Source: Catajapyx aquilonaris (Eukaryota). Taken from it: DNA of 36,999 bases. This document shows, piece by piece, positions 1 to 12,703 of the stretch. Every line of letters begins with the position of its first letter. The stretch's first letter is position 1. The translations under genes were made by a program, and so were the position numbers. The DNA lies in assembly GCA_000934665.2 (NCBI GenBank), contig KZ538997.1, positions 1-36,999 on the forward strand. Reading direction: 5' to 3'. The notes under the pieces are model-generated. The model had not been told where the DNA came from, searched no databases, and saw nothing but the letters and a program-made list of their open reading frames with translations.

Positions 1-163
1 GGGTCCAGGTCTCGGCAGAGCCATCGTGCGACGAGCATGTTAATCTGTTAGTGCCACTCTTGCTCACGGGACGGAGCAAGTTAGTCGAGCTCCCCGTCCC
101 AATTTGATCCGGTTCAAAGTGGCTATGAAACGATGCTATGGGGAGGCCTTATCCCGGATTAAT
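1..163 (+). mobile_element. Possible tRNA-derived SINE / structured repeat, cut by the window edge
   Basis: Starts with a T-arm/acceptor-like end (gggtccaggtctcggcagagcca). Nested pairings follow: ttaatctg/cggattaa, gccact/agtggc, gggacggagc/gctccccgtccc. The A box is outside the window, so the call is tentative. Confidence 0.3.
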
Positions 164-952
164 TCTGTGGAATCAAGCTCACAAATGAATTCCGGCAGAA
201 GATGCCGAATTTTTTTTTCCCCCAACGTAGTACAAACGCCAATTGGAATTTTTTCCACATCCCTGGCTTTAATCAACAGAATCGCGTTTTGTTAAACCCA
301 AAGAACCTTTTTGCGTCGTTTAGATGCGAGCTCAACACCGGTGGACATTTGGGCGCCGGAAGAGAGAGGCCACGTCTAACCAACTCGGTCCAACTGCTAG
401 TTAAGAGACATTTGTTGCTACAATAGCACTGGATTTGGCAATAATTCCGGGGGCTTTGGGAAGGCCGGGTTTTACGTTTTTGGAGCTCCCCCCCCCCTAC
501 CCTCCATTCACTAGGCTTCCACCCATTCCCCACTCTCATTTAACCTCTTCATATCCCAATGCAAATTAATGGAATTTGAAGGGTAAATAGGTACGAAAAT
601 TATCACAACGTGCACTAAAAGCTTCCCCGGCCATTCATTTTCCCCCTTGGTGCCGGCGGGAATATTAGTTTACACTTGTCTTATGCTCCTTGGAGAGATT
701 CTCTTTCTTCACCCGATCTACTCCTTAATTAGGAATTAAGCGGACTAATCGATAATTGAGCGCATTGTCATGCCTCCCTTTTTGAAATACTATGCCGCTT
801 TTGTTCTGTATATACAGCCGGGTTCACACTGAAGTCGTTGTGGTTGGTGCCTACCAATCACAACGAAAATAAAGGTCTAATACTGGGTCTCACTTTCCTT
901 CTCCACGTTGGTATCTCTTCCCCGTGTGTATCCGCTGAAAGATGGGCGTGTA

Positions 953-1114
953 CAGTGCTGGCCAATAATCGAGGCAACCGCCAGCGACATTTTTCCGAAG
1001 CGGCAGAAGAAGGAATCGAAGATAAGCATGCTACAAGCCGGGCGAGCCAGATTCCTTCTTCTGCCGCTTCGGAAAAATGTCGCTGGCGGTTGCCTCGATT
1101 ATTGGCCAGCACTG
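953..1114. mobile_element. Tc1/mariner-type MITE (162 bp)
   Basis: Perfect 65-bp inverted arms (953-1017 / 1050-1114) starting CAGTGCTGGCCA, flanked by TA on both sides (951-952, 1115-1116). Confidence 0.9.
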
Positions 1115-1131
1115 TACCTGCAATGAAGGAA

Positions 1132-1442
1132 AGTAGTGTGAATGTTCGGAGTCCCACGCCACTTCGGATATAGTAGACCAGAGTCACACGCGAGATGATC
1201 CTTGGCGTTATTTCAACAACTTTTACGTCGATTTAGCGACTTTCAACGTCAAACTATCGTCTCAACTTCGTTATAGTCGTTACACTTTTTGACGTTAAAT
1301 TGACGTTAAATTGACGTAAAAGTCGTTAAAATAACGTCAGGGATCATCTCGCGTGTGACTCTGGTCTACTATATCCGAAGTGTGTCCGTAAAAAGGTCTA
1401 CCATATCCGAAATGGTGTGTGACACCGAAAATTCACACTACT
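1132..1442. mobile_element. Foldback/MITE with double-layered inverted repeats, unclassified
   Basis: Outer arms 1132-1179 / 1395-1442 (42/48 match). Inner arms 1160-1201 / 1341-1382 (42/42). Interior has ttgacgttaaa-type 11-bp repeats in both orientations. Confidence 0.85.
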
Positions 1443-4400
1443 AGGAAGATTAGGTCATGGTTTTTGTTGGTACAGCGTGCCCAGCATATACGAAGGTCAG
1501 GCTGGTAGACATGGTCACTAACTTGCTCTATAACGTGGGGTTGGAAAGTTCAACCCAATACTGTACAGTGTACGAAGACCTGAAATGATTTGGATTATTA
1601 AAACGCAGAGCTATAATTCATATTCCTCATATTGTCCGTTACATATAGCAGGTTTGAACATGTAGCGCATGCACCGACTTCAATTTGTAGATCACAACCG
1701 GCTGTGAAGCGGAAGTAGTCAATTGGAGCGAACCAGAGTGCATGGGTTATTTCCAATATGACTACGCAGCTTTTATTCCAATGAGGATTGTGACATGTCG
1801 CAATAAAATACTCCCTGCCAAATACGCTCGGACCAGAGTGCTAGGCATTACTGGATATGCTCATACTCGTATAAGAGCTTTTTTTTTGGTACATGACCAT
1901 GCTGAGCGATTTCCAACGAGCCAGTTTATTGCGGGAATGGCCTAGAGGCTACTTGTCACTAAATTACACTGCCATTAGCATTTTGTACCATGGACAGTGC
2001 TGAAGACACTCTGGGCATAAGGTTAACAGGTCGGCATGTTCTGACTGGGACAACCGGATTAAACGATGCTTTTTTTGGTCGGACAAGCACTCTTTTGTTG
2101 CGTCTTCGTGAGGTTCCCTAGGCTTCTGGGGTTACCCCCTCGTTCAACACCGTCCCTTTTCTTACCTTCTTCCTCAGTAATAATTACCGTCGTGGGCCTG
2201 TCTACTGACTGGGAGGATATCGCATGATGAAGAATCGGGTTGGAAGAAAAGACGCGCGAAAGGAAAAGTGATTATAGGTTGAATGGTTGAAGGGAAAGGC
2301 AATGGGGGGAAGGGAAGACCAACACGTCAAAATCTCTTGTAGTCTGGTTGTAACGATCATGTCCCAAGCCAGCTTCTGAGGGTGGGGTTCGACTTCACCC
2401 CACGTCTGCACAGCCTTCATTCGGCAGCCATTTTCTGTATTCATCTTCTGGCTGGGCCTACCCTCCCACGCTTTCATCTAATTGAATCTGACGTATCATG
2501 AGGGTGCCGTCAGAGTTGGGTTGGATTTCAAAAAGAATATACAGGATCAGATTTTTCGAGAATAAGCGTCAGAAGGTTGGTACATGTTAGGTTTTAAGAT
2601 CCAATATGTGCTGGACATTCTGATAATTGAACTGGGTCATATGGGATGATCATATTATGTGGTCTTGCAGGCTGATGAAAAAGGTGGCTTCACCAGTCTA
2701 ATAGCCTATATGGTCTTGTATGAATTCCGAGGGTAAACTCCCGTTGTGAACATAAAAACAAAAAAAACCAGAGGGAGATGCAAACTTGCCGCATATTTTT
2801 CGGGTCATTTTCTCTCTCCTTTCCGACCAGAAAACACTCCCCGAGGCCATGAATCCGAATACAACCAGCTAATAAGCTCTTAAAGTAACTGCTTAAAAAT
2901 AAACAAAACTGGAACTGGAATACCCTGGATATGCACTAGAGTAGTACTCATGAATGGAATATATTCCGCATCATCTACAATTCAACTGAGTTTTTTTTTT
3001 TTTTGCTCCCCAGTGCAATAATGCTACCCACCAGGCAAAACAGGCGCATCTCTAGTAGAGTTATCCCTTAATGCGTATCCAATTTTAAAAGGGCGTTGAA
3101 TAATTTACGCATCTCGTACCACATCTTCACCTCAGTCCAACTATATGAATTTTTGGGAAGGTTCTGGACCCACTCTCATGGGCTGGAAGTACATACCGGG
3201 TATCTAAATAATGCAGTGCATGAAAATACTGCGAATCCACTGAAGCCCACCCCTCTCCTCCAATCCAAACACAGGACCAAATTAACTTCACTTGTCTCTC
3301 TTAATATTCATTTATTTCTGGGGAATGACCCCCATCTCCTCTGGGAAGGGGAGAGGGGCTTGGGACTGATCTCAGACACCCTCAATATAAAGTCATAGTC
3401 ACGACCCTGATGGTATGTATATGGGGTGACACACATCCTACTGTACCGGTATCACTCAAAAAAATATGAGACAATTTCACATTGAATCTAAATTTTTAGA
3501 GCATACACGTAAGGACTATGAGTATGTAACATCATAGTATTTCCCCATCGGATAGGTTAGTTGGAGTTTCTGACTTGTTTCAAATGGATTCAATCCGCGG
3601 GTGCTTAATTATTTACGATTGGCTCATTTTGTAAGTTAAAACGCGTCCCATGAGCTTCATAAAATTTTATGGCAGCTGGACTGGGCATGAAAAACGGGGT
3701 GGGATACGGGCTGATTCGAATGAAAATCGTGCAATTGCAATATTCTAGGTCACGTCATCCGACACGAAATGAGTTTCGATGGATTTTAGTGCGCTTTTCA
3801 AAACAACGAGGGTTAAAAAAATGGAAATTATTCCACGGCTGTCACAACCATGCCCAACTATCCTTTCTAATATCTTATGACAGTTTTAGTCGAGTACTAT
3901 GGAAAATCCAGAAATGTTCAATGTATCGCTCAAAAAAGATGGAGACGATTTTGTATTATTTTGGTTTCAATGCAAAATCGTCTCTATCTTTTTTGAGCGA
4001 TATAATACATTAAAACTGGCCAATCTGTCCTTGAGCGTCAAACGATAATTCCTATTGGTTACTGCAGGCAATTGTACAAAGTTCTGTCGGTGCGTGTTGT
4101 CAAGGGACTATGTCCATACACATCGAAAGAGATGATATGGCCAATATTTGCGGGGCTATTGTAAAATTAGCCTGCATTAAGCAAGTCGATGAGGCATAAG
4201 CAGACAAGAGCCATGCAACCTAAATTGATGCATGTCTGTTTATGTCATATCAACATCAGTCAAAAATGTCAAAGTTGTTTATTTACTAGACGTCGACATT
4301 GTTTATAATATTGAAGGCTTCGGATTATGTGAGTGCAAACTCATTTCCAAAGTACAACTTACCATATTAATAAACAATGAATAATTAATGTTCTGGGTGC

Positions 4401-5143
4401 GTTATGTCACACGGGTTGAGTTGTCGGTCACCCATGTTTGTTGTTCTCGTGATTAAGTGTAGCACTGTAATTAGGTGGAATGAGTCTATAAGTGCAATTT
4501 TTTAGCCAAGTTTAGTCCAATACAGTCGTGACAGTAACGTAATTAACGTGCTGTTACATTGTTGCTGGCACTTATGACATTAATTACGTCCCTCATAATG
4601 TAAGGTACCGTCGCAGTAACAAAAACCTGAATTTGGTAAACAACCACTGTGAAGTAAAAAGCTACATCCGCTTTTCAGTCCCGTAATCTGTCATCAAATT
4701 ATTTCGTATACTCAGGTATTAAACATTTTTTTAAACATGTAACCTCCAAAAAATATAACGCATTCCCTCATTAGTTCAACTACACCGCTTAAATAAATAC
4801 TCTACGCAATCAAACTGACAGACTCCACAGCTTTCCCTGTCATACGCGATAACTACACACCGCTTGAAAATTCTGGAACCTAATAATTACAGAAAAAAAT
4901 CATGCAGATATGAATAAGCCTATTCCACCATCACCTGCCGCCTATACAAAAAAACTAGATAAAATTATAGGTCCTTGTATTCAAGACACGCCGCTGACTA
5001 TCATGAAGCTCAAGATGAAAATAGAAGATATACCCACCAGTTTTTCCCGTAAGTGAATCCTGATATCGGCCCGAGCCTCAAAAATAACCCGTGTAGTTCA
5101 TAAAATAATTACGAATCTACAAATGAGTTAATAGACATCGGTG

Positions 5144-5159
5144 TATATATATATATATA
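5144..5159. repeat. (TA)8 microsatellite
   Basis: tatatatatatatata read directly. Confidence 0.8.
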
Positions 5160-5887
5160 AAAATATAAGCTGGCGGGTAGAATGGAGGCTTCCTTTTTTT
5201 TGAGAAAATAGCTATCGTGAAAAGCATCTGACACGGCGAGAGAGCAAGGTGAAGTGAGTCGCAGGGAAGGTGAAGGCGGCTGTCAGCTTGCGTTTTGGGA
5301 GAGTGAAACCTTCGTCTTGTTCTTTTTTTTACTTCATTTCCTACCCAGCCACCCACTCCGGATTTTTTTTTACGTAGACAGAACCCTCGGGCCGCGTTTC
5401 GTGCTGTGCATCTTGGCCAGATTCCTTAGATATCCACACGGCCCTCGCTTCTTCCATTCCTTTCCACCAAAGTCGTGCTGTTTACCTACGACCCTGATGC
5501 AAGACAAGTAACTCTATACGTAGCTACATGGTTCAAACTATAGACGAACGTCCCTAGTGTGATTCCTTTTCCTTCAACCCCCATCCCCCACCCGCTCCCC
5601 TACCTTCAACAATGAGATTCTATCCGTTACCGTAAATATCTCGGCGAGTGAATTCCGTCAGGGTAGGCTCGTTCTTTTATGTCGCAGTGAAAGTTCTGCT
5701 CGGGTTGTCAAACGCTACGGGTTACTTTTCAATTCCGGTGCCATTTGATTTGGTCCTGGCAGGTAAGCTGTTTGGATCCATTGTTAGAAAGGGATGTGTT
5801 CAGATCGGGACGAAACAATATATTACTGGAGGGGGGAGGCTCGATTCATTGTTGAAGAGTAAATGAAGAGTGGAAATGCCACTAACA

Positions 5888-6242
5888 AGGGAATGACCAA
5901 GGGTGGTCGCCTCCGATTTGGCTGAAACTTTCATGAGGCGTCAATCATGTGCCATAAACAGAGTGGTGAAAGTCCTAAATGGCAATGTTCAGCCGTTTCC
6001 GAGATATGAGCGACAATTCATCCGAATTTTGGCTGCGCGTACAGGGGTCGGGCTGGAAAAGAACAAGTGCAAGGACTCTCTATCCATATACGCGCGGCCA
6101 AAATTCGGATGCATTGTCGCTCATATCTCGGAAACGGCTAAACATTGCCATTTAGGACTTTCACCACTGTGTTTATGGCACATGATTGACCCCTCATGAA
6201 AGTTTCAGCCAAATCAGAGGCGACCGCCCTTGGTCATTCCCT
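5888..6242. mobile_element. Palindromic MITE, family A copy 1 (AGGGAATGACCAAGG termini)
   Basis: About 154-bp near-perfect inverted arms (5888-6041 / 6089-6242) with a 47-bp spacer. A homologous copy lies at 11933-12703. No clear TSD. Confidence 0.9.
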
Positions 6243-9200
6243 AGTAAGTGACAGGAAATTATAAATTGAGATTCTGCGTGCAAAATGCTCTATGTGCCCT
6301 ACCTAGTCTCGTGCAGATGGCTCAAAGTGCCAAAAATTCCGAGGCACTGAAGGTTTCCACAGATGGCTCCGGTTATGAAATAAACTCCATTATCTCCCTT
6401 CCAAGATTTTTGGCACTTACAGCCTTTGGCATTTCCACTCTTCAATTTATTAAAAAAAATATGTGTACTTATCTTGGTTTTACAAAACAGACAATAATGA
6501 AGTGCGCTTAGCAAAAACTGGCAATTAATTTACATACCAAAAGTGATGGGTCACGATCGATGTACATTAGACATAACCGTTGTAATTATCAATATTGATG
6601 CGCAACAATAGATGCGCGTGAAACGGTCAATTAAGTACAAAGTAGCTTCCAATTCAGGTGGCTAGAGATGGCGCCATTCATTTGCACCCCGCATGACACG
6701 CAATGGCATCACACAATGGCACTGCCAGCTATTAGTCATCATTACTGCACTACTTTTCTTCGGTTGATCAGCAGCACAATCAAGTCGTGATCATCTCCCA
6801 GCCAACTTGCATCAATCAAACGTTTCATTCGTACACGCAATGCACAGTACATTGTCCTCTAGTCTAAATTTGCACATACATAAAAAAGACAAATCTATGT
6901 TGTCTTATCTCGAGGTCGACGTGACCTCCCGGTTGAGCTTCTGTATATCCACCCAGCGACGGTATACACACAATAAGTCGGCCCTAGATGGGGTGAGTCA
7001 TTCAAGAAGTCAAGTAGAGCCGCAGCAGCTTTCATGGTCCGAGATGGAAAGCGTCCAAGGCTGGCAGAAGCCCCTAGTCTTGTGGCTGCGACACTTTCCA
7101 GAGTCCCACGAAAATAGGACAAAAAAACTGTAGAAACAATCGAAATCTAATAGGACTAGAATATGACGCCAACTTACCCAGAAATAAAGCGGCATTGTCC
7201 TTAAGACTTTCATTGGCATTAATTAAGCTTACATTAATATAGCTGAAGGTCTTCAAAAAAATTACATATGCTGCGAGCCTCTTTCCCACGACTTGTTCTA
7301 AGCATACCAGCTCAACAGACGTTCCGAATAATTAACCCGCTCGTCCCTTAAATTGCATGATTCAGCGTCTTGTGTGCATCGTCACGTTCGCACAGCTTTG
7401 CCTAATTACAATCATTTCTAGAGATACGCTATTAATTTATAGGAGTGTTCCGGTCGTAATGAAGGCCGTCGCCTGGTGCGCCAAGTGGAATACACTTTGT
7501 CTAAATATTATTATGCGGTAAAAATGTGAAGTTGCGAGCACTGACCCTGATCCGCCCACACCTTATTGTTTCTGATTGTCCTGTGTATTGCCATGCTTCA
7601 CTTCTGGACCATATAGATTGCATGATAGTTTTAGTTGCATTTGCATATCGTGGGAATACAGCAGAAATCCGACAAGTAGTCCTAAAAGCTAGTTTGGAAA
7701 TAATCGAATGCATATTTTTATTCATATATTTTCAGTGCATGCCTGATATACTAAAATAACAGCGCTGCAGAGAATCATTGCTATGATGCATGGCATGGCT
7801 AAATTACACCGCGCATAATTGAAATAAAATTTGTGCAAATAATTTAAGAATGACTAACCCTCATTCTAGGGGTAATAAGCGATGCAAATTAGCACTTTCA
7901 GAGGTGGTCAGTTAAAAAAACAGGGGTCATTACTTTCGGTTCAAGTGTAATTGTTTATGGACTCTGCAATTAGATCTTCTCTGTGCCACACCCATAAACT
8001 GTACACTGTATACTTGGGCCCCAGCCAAGAGGCCTCCTCTTGCAAGTGGACCATCATTTCGTTGTCATTGCAGCCAGCACAGGAAGAGTACATCATTCCT
8101 TAATTAGCCGCACACCATCCCAGTAGCCTCCATGACACACCCCTCTGTATGCCTACCTCCAAAACATGGTGACCAAATAGAGTGGTCAGTTTTTGGCACT
8201 AATCAGCTAATTTTAACAAGTTTTCAAAAGTAATAGCTTGCTCTAATCACTATATTTGAATACTCTTCATCCTTGCATAATGCAACCCAAATGACACAGT
8301 TGTAAAAGTCACGTAGTTATTAATTGAAGTCAATATTATAAAAATGTCCAAGCGACACCCTGATCTCGCAATAACGATCAAAAAACACTGCGACTCGATC
8401 AATTGAAATCAATCCTGAATCGGGCACCATTCCAACATCAGCCACTTCTGATTCATTTCATTTGGACCCTAGAGCATGCGCCCAACCCAAGTTGTCGCCT
8501 GAACAAAAATTCCAGTAGCTGGTAACCCTAGCAACTGGCAATTCGTGTGAACAACCCCTCTCCCCACACCAACGCCCCCTGCCAATCTCAAATTGAATTT
8601 TTGAGAGGATGAGGATGGTAGACTATAGTCTTCTTCTCCCTTTCCTCGGCAGCGGTCAAAAGGAAGGGCCCCGTTTGCACTATTTTCTGCGAGCCGGTCG
8701 TAAAGAGAGGACGGCAAACGACGCCGACGACTTGCCTATAAAAATGGTGCCTGAGGCTATAGGGAAAGGGTATAGAGGGAGGGGGTTAGGGTGACAAAAA
8801 AAAGAAGATCCTCCTGGTCGCCTGTCTGAGATGGTGCTAGGGGTGCGGTAGAATCCTTCTTGGGCTGAAATTGATTTATTGCCATCGGCCGCCAAGTGCA
8901 GGATTCACACCCTCACTTATGACCCTACTCTTCCGACCAATATCTGCAGAAAACTTTCGGCTCCAATCACTTGCATGTAATCGCTTCTCTGATTAAGGAG
9001 GAAGGTATATTCCAAAAAAGTGCTGACGGATGTGAGTAATAGCTTTGAATCCTACGATGGCTGGATATGGGACAAAATGGAAAGTGGAGGGGGGGGGGGC
9101 AATACTCGCTTGATTATTGCGCTAATAAAAAGATGTGAAGTTCGCCGGTTTCGATTTGCAAAAGGAATGGAGGACAGGCCCAAATGCGGCCGTCAGTTCC

Positions 9201-9887
9201 GACTACCAGGGATATGATTGCCTTCCAAGTGCGATATCGCCTTTTGATTGCATCCGGACCAATCAGGAGTGGGCAATTCAAAGGAGGTCACCCTCTGCAC
9301 CCCACAAAATAATAAATTAATAATAAAATACCGATCCCTTCCAACTTTTTTGGGCCTATTACATTACGTGCTGAATTATTCCCACCCCCCCTTTTGTTAC
9401 ATATTGGAGGCCTAGATTCCCATGTGCTGGCGTGCATAAGAGGAGCAATCTGCTTTGAAGTGCGGTAATTAAGACTCCCTGCATTGCCAGACCGTTTGCC
9501 GCCTTGCTTCTCGTTCATTTTCAAAGCAGGTACCGTACGGATTTTTTTTTGTACATTTGCGAACAAGCAACTGTTCTGTTGGAGGATGGTAATATCCGTG
9601 CATGCAATTTGCACTTTGAAACTGCTCAATCTTTCATGATGCGTCGGATCTGCCCAATCAAATGGACTATAGGATACTGATTCGCAGGGTTATTAGCAAT
9701 ATAGAAGGAGGTAGGACGAGCGATGGCATAAGCACCTTATATGCATGATTTTTGGCAGTTAGCTGCTTATTATTGCAGTGGTTATAGCTGCTAGTACTAG
9801 GTCAAATTAAAGCATCTCAACACACCGACACTTTTGTTGTCAACCTTGTGACTCAGGATACAATTACGTAGGTTGACAACAGCCTAT

Positions 9888-10262
9888 TTATTGAACTAGC
9901 CTTGCCGAGGCTGTCTCACGACACACTACAAAACATCCACGCCATCTCTTGGCAAAACTGGATGCGGGGGTGTCACAACCTAGATGTATATGATAGAGGC
10001 ACATTTCCTGATTGAAACTGGGGCCCCAGGCACACTGTGTGACCTCATCTGTCACGATTTCCTTGTGATCACATCTTGCTACCTGACATTTGACTGCCTT
10101 TTCTGGCTTTGGAATCTCGCCTGAGGCGTATACATGTGCGGCTGACATTGTGTTATTGTTGTTCACACCTCCATGATGACACTTGGGTTTAGAAGTCAAG
10201 AAGCGAAGAAAGGGCATGCGAACACGATTGTCATAAGTTGTGAGAAGGCTCATTTCAACCAC
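9888..10262 (-). pseudogene. ORF fragment ending in a PHD-finger-like C4HC3 motif, probably the C-terminus of a decayed transposon protein
   Basis: CQVARC-x12-C-x10-C-LYHI-H-LG-C-x13-C-FVV-C, with a Trp shortly before the last Cys pair and a stop 10 aa later. Spacing deviates somewhat from the canonical PHD. Confidence 0.4.
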
Positions 10263-11932
10263 TATTCACAGCAAATTGTACACGACTAGTTGCTTCTTTT
10301 GTTGTTATAGCATCCGAAAAACGAATCATTTTTTGACAGCAGTATGGTACGATGTATATAGTATACTGTGCTTATTTTTTCTCTGAAATATACTGGGGCG
10401 CAATTTGAATTTTACGTCGAACATCACTGGGACAAATTCTGTAACAATTCTCTCTTTGATGTGTATAGGCTTCATGGATACCTGGGGCGCGTTTGTCTTG
10501 TTATACTGTTGCTGACAGAAGTTTTGCCCATGGCGAGGGGCACACCCCCTGGGTACGTCACTGACCCGTACAGTGTGCAAAATTAGTTACCATGCCAACC
10601 TATTGTGTACTCTAACAAAAACTGAAGTGTTGCACTTGACAAATTATGGGTCAGCAATAAACGTAACTCAGCATATCCAGATGGCCATTACTCTCCCAGA
10701 CGTGTATATCATGAGTCATCTCGATGTAAAAATTTAAACATATTATAATATGAAAAGACACATTTTAATATTGCAACAAGATTATATCACTAGTCTGGCC
10801 ATCAGTCGACCACGACACCTCGTAATATTTTTAAACTACCCTCCAAAAAATTAACTTCTACGTGCTACATGCCTCATAACTGTACAGTGCAGCTCCAAAA
10901 GTACACTGTAAAATATCATCAGCAACTGTCAACGTGGCTGACACCGCAAACGACCCCTACAGGGAAAGGTCTGGCACGTATTTATCATACGTCACTCTCC
11001 ATGGGATACTCTATTGGCATTTTGTTCACATGCATTTCAACTCAACTCTTGTGGTTGGCAGGCTGATAGCTACGCAACAATTCGTTGGACTTTCCGACAC
11101 CGCGTTGTCGACGACTCATGTGTGTGTCTCTTGAGCACCCAACACACTGGGCTAATATTGCTAGAAAGGCTTGGTACATGAAGCGACGATGCGTATAACT
11201 TTCAAACGATGGTGGTGGTTGGTGGTTTAAAGTTTCAGATTGGATTTAGCCTGTACCATAGGAAAGTTTTGTTTATAAAACACGGAATCAGTTTTATTTG
11301 CTCATGATGCATAATTTTAATGTAGTCGAATTTTGCCAACTAGGGTAAGTAGATGAACTACTTGGATTTGATTAATTCTGTTATTTGTGTGCAAAAGTCT
11401 TGAGCGGAATACACACAATCTTGCAAATCCTCTGGCCTACAACATAGCCTTGCTATTCTGATTTATGGAACACTCGGTATAATTTGAATCCAACAAACTG
11501 ATCTAGCAGGCAAGCGACCTCGGGCAATCCTGCAATCTGTAAATTTGTTTAGCCCCTCATTCATATCAATTATTCAAACATAGGGTGCATCATTAATGAC
11601 CCTGGTGTACTGTGTGTCAAAAAATATTTTCGGGACGTTTTGAAAATCGTGTTGTGTTGCATGCGGTTCATCTCAAGGCTGATAGTGTCATTGTAAATAT
11701 GGACAAAAGACTAGCCTCGTCTACGGCTGCTGATACAAATCTGAAAGCCTCCTCACCAGTCCACACCAGACACTCCCGCTATCTAGTGCGGGGGTGTCGC
11801 AAACTATACCCTTCGTGTGTTGAATTTTGCTGTTACCTTTCAAAAAATGCACAATACCACAGTTATCCTGCGCCTAATTACACACACAATCAGTGCATAC
11901 TAGTAGGTCTTAGCTACACACAATCACTTTCA

Positions 11933-12703
11933 AGGGAACGACCAAGGTCCGTCGCCTCTGATTTGATTGAAAATCGCTTGAGGGGTCACTCATGTGCAAT
12001 AGACACAGTGGTGTAAGTCCTAGATGCCAATGTCCATCCGTTTCCGAGATATGAGCGATAGAAACATCCGCATTTTGGCCGCGCGTATAGGGGACTTGCC
12101 CTTCCAGCCCGACACCTGTACGCGAGGTCAAAATTCAGATATTTTGTCACTCATATACAAGGTGTATCTGAACTCAGTGCCCCGACGTATATGACTGCCT
12201 TCCTAGCCACCAGATGATCGATTTAAGTATAGGAATCATTATGTTTGGCCGCCGCATTACGGAGATACACTCTTTAGCGATTTTTGCCTAATCGCTCCTT
12301 CTGACTTTTAAATAGAATTTTCTGGTGTAACTAGCCGAAGAGGTCTTACCACCTGTGGGCAACAAACCAACAAAGTCCCGCCCCCAGACCTTCCAGAGCC
12401 TTCTGACTGGGGGAGAGTTCTATGGGTGGCCTAACCGACAGGATATTTTGTACTACATGTTTGCGGCCAATTATCTCCGTAATGCGGCGGCCAAACATAA
12501 TGACTCCTACACTTAAATCGATCCTCTGGTGGCTAGGAAGGCAGTCATATACGTCAGGGCACTGAGTTCAGATACACCCTGGTATATCTCGGAAACGGCT
12601 GGACAGTGTCATCTGTGACTTTCATCACTATGTCTATCGCACATGAGTGACCCCTCAAGCGAGTTTCAACAAAATCGAAGGCGACTGACCTTGGTCGTTC
12701 ATT
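11933..12703. mobile_element. Palindromic MITE, family A copy 2 (opposite orientation), interrupted by a nested element
   Basis: Termini agggaacgaccaaggtc...gaccttggtcgttc. Shares ccgtttccgagatatgagcga and the reverse-complemented spacer (ttccagcccgacacctgtacg) with 5888-6242. Confidence 0.88.
12158..12581. mobile_element. Mariner-type MITE (CA(G/A)GGTGTATCTGAACTCAG termini) nested in family A copy 2
   Basis: About 110-bp inverted arms (12158-12267 / 12472-12581). Inserted at the TA of the host motif ctcatatctcgg, with TA-rich junctions on both sides. Confidence 0.9.

Noticed and set aside
68..100. ACGGAGCAAG...CTCCCCGT resembling the 7SL/SRP RNA S domain
   Set aside because: The helix-8 GAAA tetraloop context and the rest of the SRP sequence are missing.
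838..1187. Mirror-image ORFs on both strands sharing VLANNRGNRQRHFSEAAEEGI
   Set aside because: Artefact of the perfect palindromic MITE at 953-1114.
5903..6199. 98-aa ORF and the similar peptide (AHISET..H.HLGL.PLCL) at 11910-12131
   Set aside because: Translations of non-coding family A MITE arms.
8165..8363. Single CAGGGTG-type terminus (caccctg near 8356-8362)
   Set aside because: No convincing matching left TIR, so it cannot be delimited as an element.
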